DNA of 64,000 nucleotides from an uncultured bacterium (GTDB lineage Bacteria; Acidobacteriota; Aminicenantia; UBA2199): NCBI GenBank assembly GCA_965603365.1, contig CBFDCR010000014.1, positions 14,183 to 78,182 of the forward strand, read 5' to 3'. Shown piece by piece: positions 60,776 to 64,000 of this stretch (position 1 is its first letter; each line of letters starts with the position of its first letter). The notes under the pieces were generated by a model. It saw only the letters and a program-made list of their open reading frames with translations, ran no database searches and was not told where the DNA came from. The position numbers and the translations under genes were made by a program.

Positions 60776-61078
60776 ATGTCAGAAAAGAAAAAGGTAAACT
60801 GGAAAAACACGCTGAATTTACCTAAAACCAGTTTCCCCATGAAAGCCCGGTTAAACCAGAGGGAACCGCAACTATTAAAAAAGTGGCAGGAGATGAATAT
60901 CTACCAGGCAATTTTAGAAAAGCGAAAGAACCGCCCCATACATATCCTCCACGACGCCCCCCCTATGTGCCCGGCCGGGAGTCTTTGGCGATTGGGCCAA
61001 TGCCTACCCCGAACTCTGTCCCCGGTGTTCCCATGTCGCAGCATCGCAACGGAGATGAACATTGACGATTCGCTATAA
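60776..61078 (+). pseudogene. ileS: isoleucine--tRNA ligase remnant (5' stub)
   Basis: MSEKKKVNWKNTLNLPKTSFPMKARLNQREPQLLKKWQEMNIYQ...RPIHILHDAPP aligns with the IleRS N-terminus up to the PPYANG/HIGH region. The frame then decays (the alternate frame reads PPYVPGRESLAIG) and the ORF ends within 100 codons, directly before lspA. Confidence 0.75.
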
Positions 61079-61550
61079 AACAAAATATCTGGTTTTGATC
61101 GGTTCCATTATTTTCCTGGACCAGGCCACCAAGTTCATCATCACCTCGAATCTGAATCTCTATGACCGCATCGAGGTCATAAAGGGATTTTTCCAGATCA
61201 TTTATGTCCGCAACTCCGGCGCCATCTGGGGTATCCTGTCCGATCACCCCAATGCCTGGGTCCAGAAGGTCATCACCATTCTATCTGTCGCTGCCCTGGT
61301 TATTGTGATCTACTATTTTCTAAAATTGCCCTCCCGCTGCCTGTCGGAACTGATCTCCCTCTCCTTTATCATGGGCGGAGCCGTGGGCAACATCATCGAT
61401 CGCCTCTTTCAGGGCTATGTGGTGGACTTTCTCGATTTTTATATCAAGGGCCTTCACTGGCCCACCTTCAACGCAGCCGACAGCTTCATCAGCATCGGCG
61501 TAGTGATTCTAATCTTTTCCATATGGAGGGGAAAATGTACCTCGATATGA
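61062..61550 (+). CDS. lspA: lipoprotein signal peptidase II
   Basis: LDQATKFII, YVRNSGAIWG, GGAVGNIIDRL and FNAADSFISIG motifs. TTG start at 61062 with GGAG 7 nt upstream. Confidence 0.85.
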   Translation: MTIRYKTKYLVLIGSIIFLDQATKFIITSNLNLYDRIEVIKGFFQIIYVRNSGAIWGILSDHPNAWVQKVITILSVAALVIVIYYFLKLPSRCLSELISLSFIMGGAVGNIIDRLFQGYVVDFLDFYIKGLHWPTFNAADSFISIGVVILIFSIWRGKCTSI

Positions 61551-61566
61551 CAACCTGGAGGACGAC

Positions 61567-62397
61567 ATGTTTCCGGTACTGATAAAAATAGGCCCCCTCA
61601 CCATCCATACCTATGGTTTTTTGTTTGCCTTAGGGGTGTTAATGGCCATCCTGTTGATACTGAAGCTGGCCAAAGGGCAAAACCTGGACAGCAAAATCGT
61701 AGCCGATTTCATATTTTTTACTCTTCTCGTCGGCCTCTTCGGGGCCAAGCTCTTTTTATTTTTTGTTGAAATTAAATATTACCTGGCGTACCCGTCGGAG
61801 ATTAAATACCTCTTGACCTCCGGCGGTACATTCTACGGCGGCCTGATCTGCGGTGCCCTGTTTGCCGTCTGGCACATCCGAAGACACCGGCTCGATTACA
61901 AGGTCATCGGTGACATCACCGTGCCGGCCATTGCCCTGGCCCATTTCTTCGGCAGATTGGGATGTTTCAGTGCCGGCTGCTGCTGGGGCAGACCTGCGCC
62001 CGATTCCATTTTGGGGGTCGAATTTACCAACCAGTATGCCCACAACCACACCGGGGTTCCCCTCAACACTTCTCTCTACCCCACCCAATTGATGGAAGCT
62101 GCCCTGAATCTTCTCAACTTCATTGTCTTGATGGTCTGGTACCGCCGGCGAAGATTCAACGGTCAAATTTTCTGTTTATACATCTTTAACTATTCACTGA
62201 TCCGCTTTGTCGTCGAATACTTCAGGGGCGATCCGGACCGGCAATATGTTTTCGGCGGTATGGATCAGCCCTTCAACAGTCTATCGATACCCCAGTTGAT
62301 CAGCATCGTCGGCGTCAGCCTGGCCATCATCCTCTACCGGATCTTTAAAAAAAAAGGTGAACGAACACAACAGCAAAAAAATAAGACTAAGGGCTGA
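61567..62397 (+). CDS. lgt: prolipoprotein diacylglyceryl transferase
   Basis: IHTYGFLFALGVL, GGTFYGGLI, FGRLGCFSAGCCWG and EYFRGD motifs. Confidence 0.9.
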   Translation: MFPVLIKIGPLTIHTYGFLFALGVLMAILLILKLAKGQNLDSKIVADFIFFTLLVGLFGAKLFLFFVEIKYYLAYPSEIKYLLTSGGTFYGGLICGALFAVWHIRRHRLDYKVIGDITVPAIALAHFFGRLGCFSAGCCWGRPAPDSILGVEFTNQYAHNHTGVPLNTSLYPTQLMEAALNLLNFIVLMVWYRRRRFNGQIFCLYIFNYSLIRFVVEYFRGDPDRQYVFGGMDQPFNSLSIPQLISIVGVSLAIILYRIFKKKGERTQQQKNKTKG

Positions 62398-63316
62398 GAA
62401 AGATTGGTCCCGCATCGATCTTTTCTTAAGCGCCCACCTGCACCACCTATCCCGCTCAAAAATCGAAAAGCTCATCAAGGCAGGCCGGGTCAAACTAAAT
62501 GAAAAAACCGCCCCCAAAAAGAGCGAACCTGTTCACCTGCATGACCGGGTCGAGGTGGAAATCGTCGAAGACAAAAAGGAAAGTCCGGCCCCGCCGACCT
62601 CCTCCTTTTGCTTCAATAAACTCTTTGAAGACGGCCACCTGCTGATCATCGATAAACCCGGTGGCATCGCCGTTCATCCGGGGGCCGGTGAACCCGGGGA
62701 GACGATCCTGGATCATTTCAAATTTCTCTATCCTCAAGTCAAGGAGATGAGAGATGCGGAGCGTCCCGGCATTGTCCACCGGCTGGACAAGGATACCTCA
62801 GGCATACTGATCCTGGCCAAAGACGAAAAGACGATGAAGCGGATGCAGAAAAAGTTTAAGGGACGGGAAGTCAAGAAAACCTACCTGGCCCTGGCCCGGG
62901 GCCGGCTGCGCTATCGCAACGGCAGGATCGATGTCCCCCTGGCCCGCTCAAAAAAAAGCCGCTGGAAGTTCACGGCGGTGACGCGAATCCACCAGGAAGA
63001 TAGGCCGGACGTCCGCTCAGCGGTCACCGAATTTTCGGTACTCTACGAATTTGACGACTTCTCCCTGGTGCGGCTCTGTCCCCACACCGGCAGAACCCAC
63101 CAATTAAGAGTCCACCTGGCCCACTTCGGCAATCCCATCTTAGGCGACCGGGTATACGGCAAAGGCAGCGACTTTGAGCGCCTGGCCCTCCACGCCTCAG
63201 CCATCGCATTCAGCCACCCCATTAGCGCCCACCTCCTGACCGTCTCCTCTCCCCTACCCCGGGTCTTCCGCAGCCACATGATGCAGACCATCAAACACCA
63301 CAAACAGGCCAAATAG
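62357..63316 (+). CDS. rluD: RluA-family 23S rRNA pseudouridine synthase (RluD-like)
   Basis: S4 domain (RIDLFLSAHL...SRSKIEKLIKAGRVKLN) and catalytic HRLDKDTSGILILAK. GTG start overlapping lgt; the start is uncertain. Confidence 0.8.
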   Translation: MNEHNSKKIRLRAEKDWSRIDLFLSAHLHHLSRSKIEKLIKAGRVKLNEKTAPKKSEPVHLHDRVEVEIVEDKKESPAPPTSSFCFNKLFEDGHLLIIDKPGGIAVHPGAGEPGETILDHFKFLYPQVKEMRDAERPGIVHRLDKDTSGILILAKDEKTMKRMQKKFKGREVKKTYLALARGRLRYRNGRIDVPLARSKKSRWKFTAVTRIHQEDRPDVRSAVTEFSVLYEFDDFSLVRLCPHTGRTHQLRVHLAHFGNPILGDRVYGKGSDFERLALHASAIAFSHPISAHLLTVSSPLPRVFRSHMMQTIKHHKQAK

Positions 63317-63321
63317 GCAAC

Positions 63322-63375
63322 AATCGTATTGCATTCCGATCAAAATGGGTTTATAATCGTATTGCATTCCGATCA
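63322..63375. repeat. perfect 21-bp direct repeat x2 upstream of the ATPase gene
   Basis: AATCGTATTGCATTCCGATCA occurs at 63322-63342 and 63355-63375, 33 bp start-to-start. It ends 2 nt before the AGGAGG ribosome-binding site. Confidence 0.9.
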
Positions 63376-63386
63376 CAGGAGGCACC

Positions 63387-64000
63387 ATGCTGGATTCGCT
63401 GTACGATTTGAGTCAACGTTTTCTAAAAATTTATTATAGGGACTACCGGCGATATTTCCTGAGGGATCACCCCCTGGAAAGCCGGTTTTCCATTATCCTG
63501 GGCCCCAGGGGCGTCGGTAAGACCACCGCCATGGTTCAGTATTTATTGGACGCGACAGACCATGATCGCCTCAATCCCCAAATACTCTATGTACAGGCCG
63601 ATCACTTCATGGTCAAGAGATACTCCCTCTATGAAATCGCCGAAGCCTTTGTCAAGAACGGCGGCAAACTGATCTGTTTCGACGAAATCCACAAATACCC
63701 GGAGTGGTCCCTAGAGTTAAAAAGCATCAACGATACTTTCCCGGAATTAAAAATAGTGGCCTCCGGCAGTTCGGCCATGGAGATCGCCAAAGGCTCCCAC
63801 GACCTGAGCCGCCGGGCCATTGTATACAAGATGACGGGCATGTCCTTGCGTGAATATTTAGAACTCTACCTGGGCCGGCAGTGGGAACCTCACCCACTGG
63901 AAGAAATACTGGAGAATCACCCCCAGATTGCCGAGGGGATTATCCAGAAAATAGAGGCAGCCAAAAAAAAGATCCTGCCCCTATTCAATCAATATTTGCA
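63387..64000 (+). CDS. AAA_14-type ATP-binding protein, 5' part (runs off window end)
   Basis: ATG at 63387 after AGGAGG. Walker A GPRGVGKTT and Walker B LICFDEIHK. The frame is open to 64000. Not in the ORF track because there is no stop in the window. Same family as 22846-23982. Confidence 0.8.
   Translation, partial: MLDSLYDLSQRFLKIYYRDYRRYFLRDHPLESRFSIILGPRGVGKTTAMVQYLLDATDHDRLNPQILYVQADHFMVKRYSLYEIAEAFVKNGGKLICFDEIHKYPEWSLELKSINDTFPELKIVASGSSAMEIAKGSHDLSRRAIVYKMTGMSLREYLELYLGRQWEPHPLEEILENHPQIAEGIIQKIEAAKKKILPLFNQYL

Noticed and set aside
60883-61065. 60-aa ORF in the alternate frame of the ileS stub
   Set aside because: It is the frame-shifted continuation of the decayed ileS (PPYVPG...), not an independent gene.
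1-64000. Search for tRNA, rRNA, tmRNA, transposase/integrase genes and terminal inverted repeats
   Set aside because: I found no cloverleaf-type GTTCGAATC/T-loop contexts, no rRNA-like stretches, no DDE/tyrosine/serine recombinase motifs, and no IS-like terminal repeats by eye. A tRNAscan/ISfinder run would be needed to be certain.

Overview
This 64-kb window comes from a diderm (Gram-negative-type) bacterium whose lineage I cannot name from sequence alone. Coding density is high, with about 60 credible protein genes. I found no rRNA, tRNA, CRISPR array, transposase or integrase. All family calls rest on motifs I recognise by eye, because no database search was possible.

Housekeeping blocks:
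- Mla-like lipid ABC transporter operon with a PqiC-like lipoprotein (327-3680, minus).
- TetR-regulated RND efflux pump with MFP and TolC-like genes (11133-17297, minus).
- BlaI/BlaR1-like repressor-sensor pair.
- pheS/pheT of the long archaeal/eukaryote-type architecture.
- lepB, a PspC-domain gene, fused msrB-msrA, a solitary lpxA and an S41 peptidase.
- lspA-lgt-rluD, preceded by a stub of ileS.

Accessory material:
- Ten toxin-antitoxin/Abi loci: four PIN toxins, HepT/MNT, AbiEi/AbiEii, DUF4258/DUF2283, a HicA'-HicB fusion and decayed remnants.
- A GG-leader, 4-Cys peptide precursor with its own promoter, next to a MauE/DoxX-rhodanese pair.
- A Cry delta-endotoxin-like protein with a beta-prism C-terminus, abutted by an array of GGTGCAA half-palindromes phased at multiples of 21 bp.
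- Several secreted hydrolases.
- A mosaic defence-type island of about 16 kb (41.9-58.3 kb).

The island holds:
- A Toprim remnant.
- A frameshifted SLOG/LOG-like gene.
- An ABC-ATPase+RloB pair.
- A three-gene operon: DprA/SLOG-like protein + PD-(D/E)xK-N6A-methyltransferase-TRD fusion + SNF2 helicase.
- An NDT/TIR-like-LamG fusion.

A chimeric scar at 55290-55562 joins a copy of the S41 peptidase 3' end to a copy of the metallophosphoesterase 5' end. This suggests that two alternative cargo sets for one hotspot have been stacked in tandem.

My best candidates for an undescribed system are the DprA-like/R-M/SNF2 operon and the NDT/TIR-like-LamG gene.
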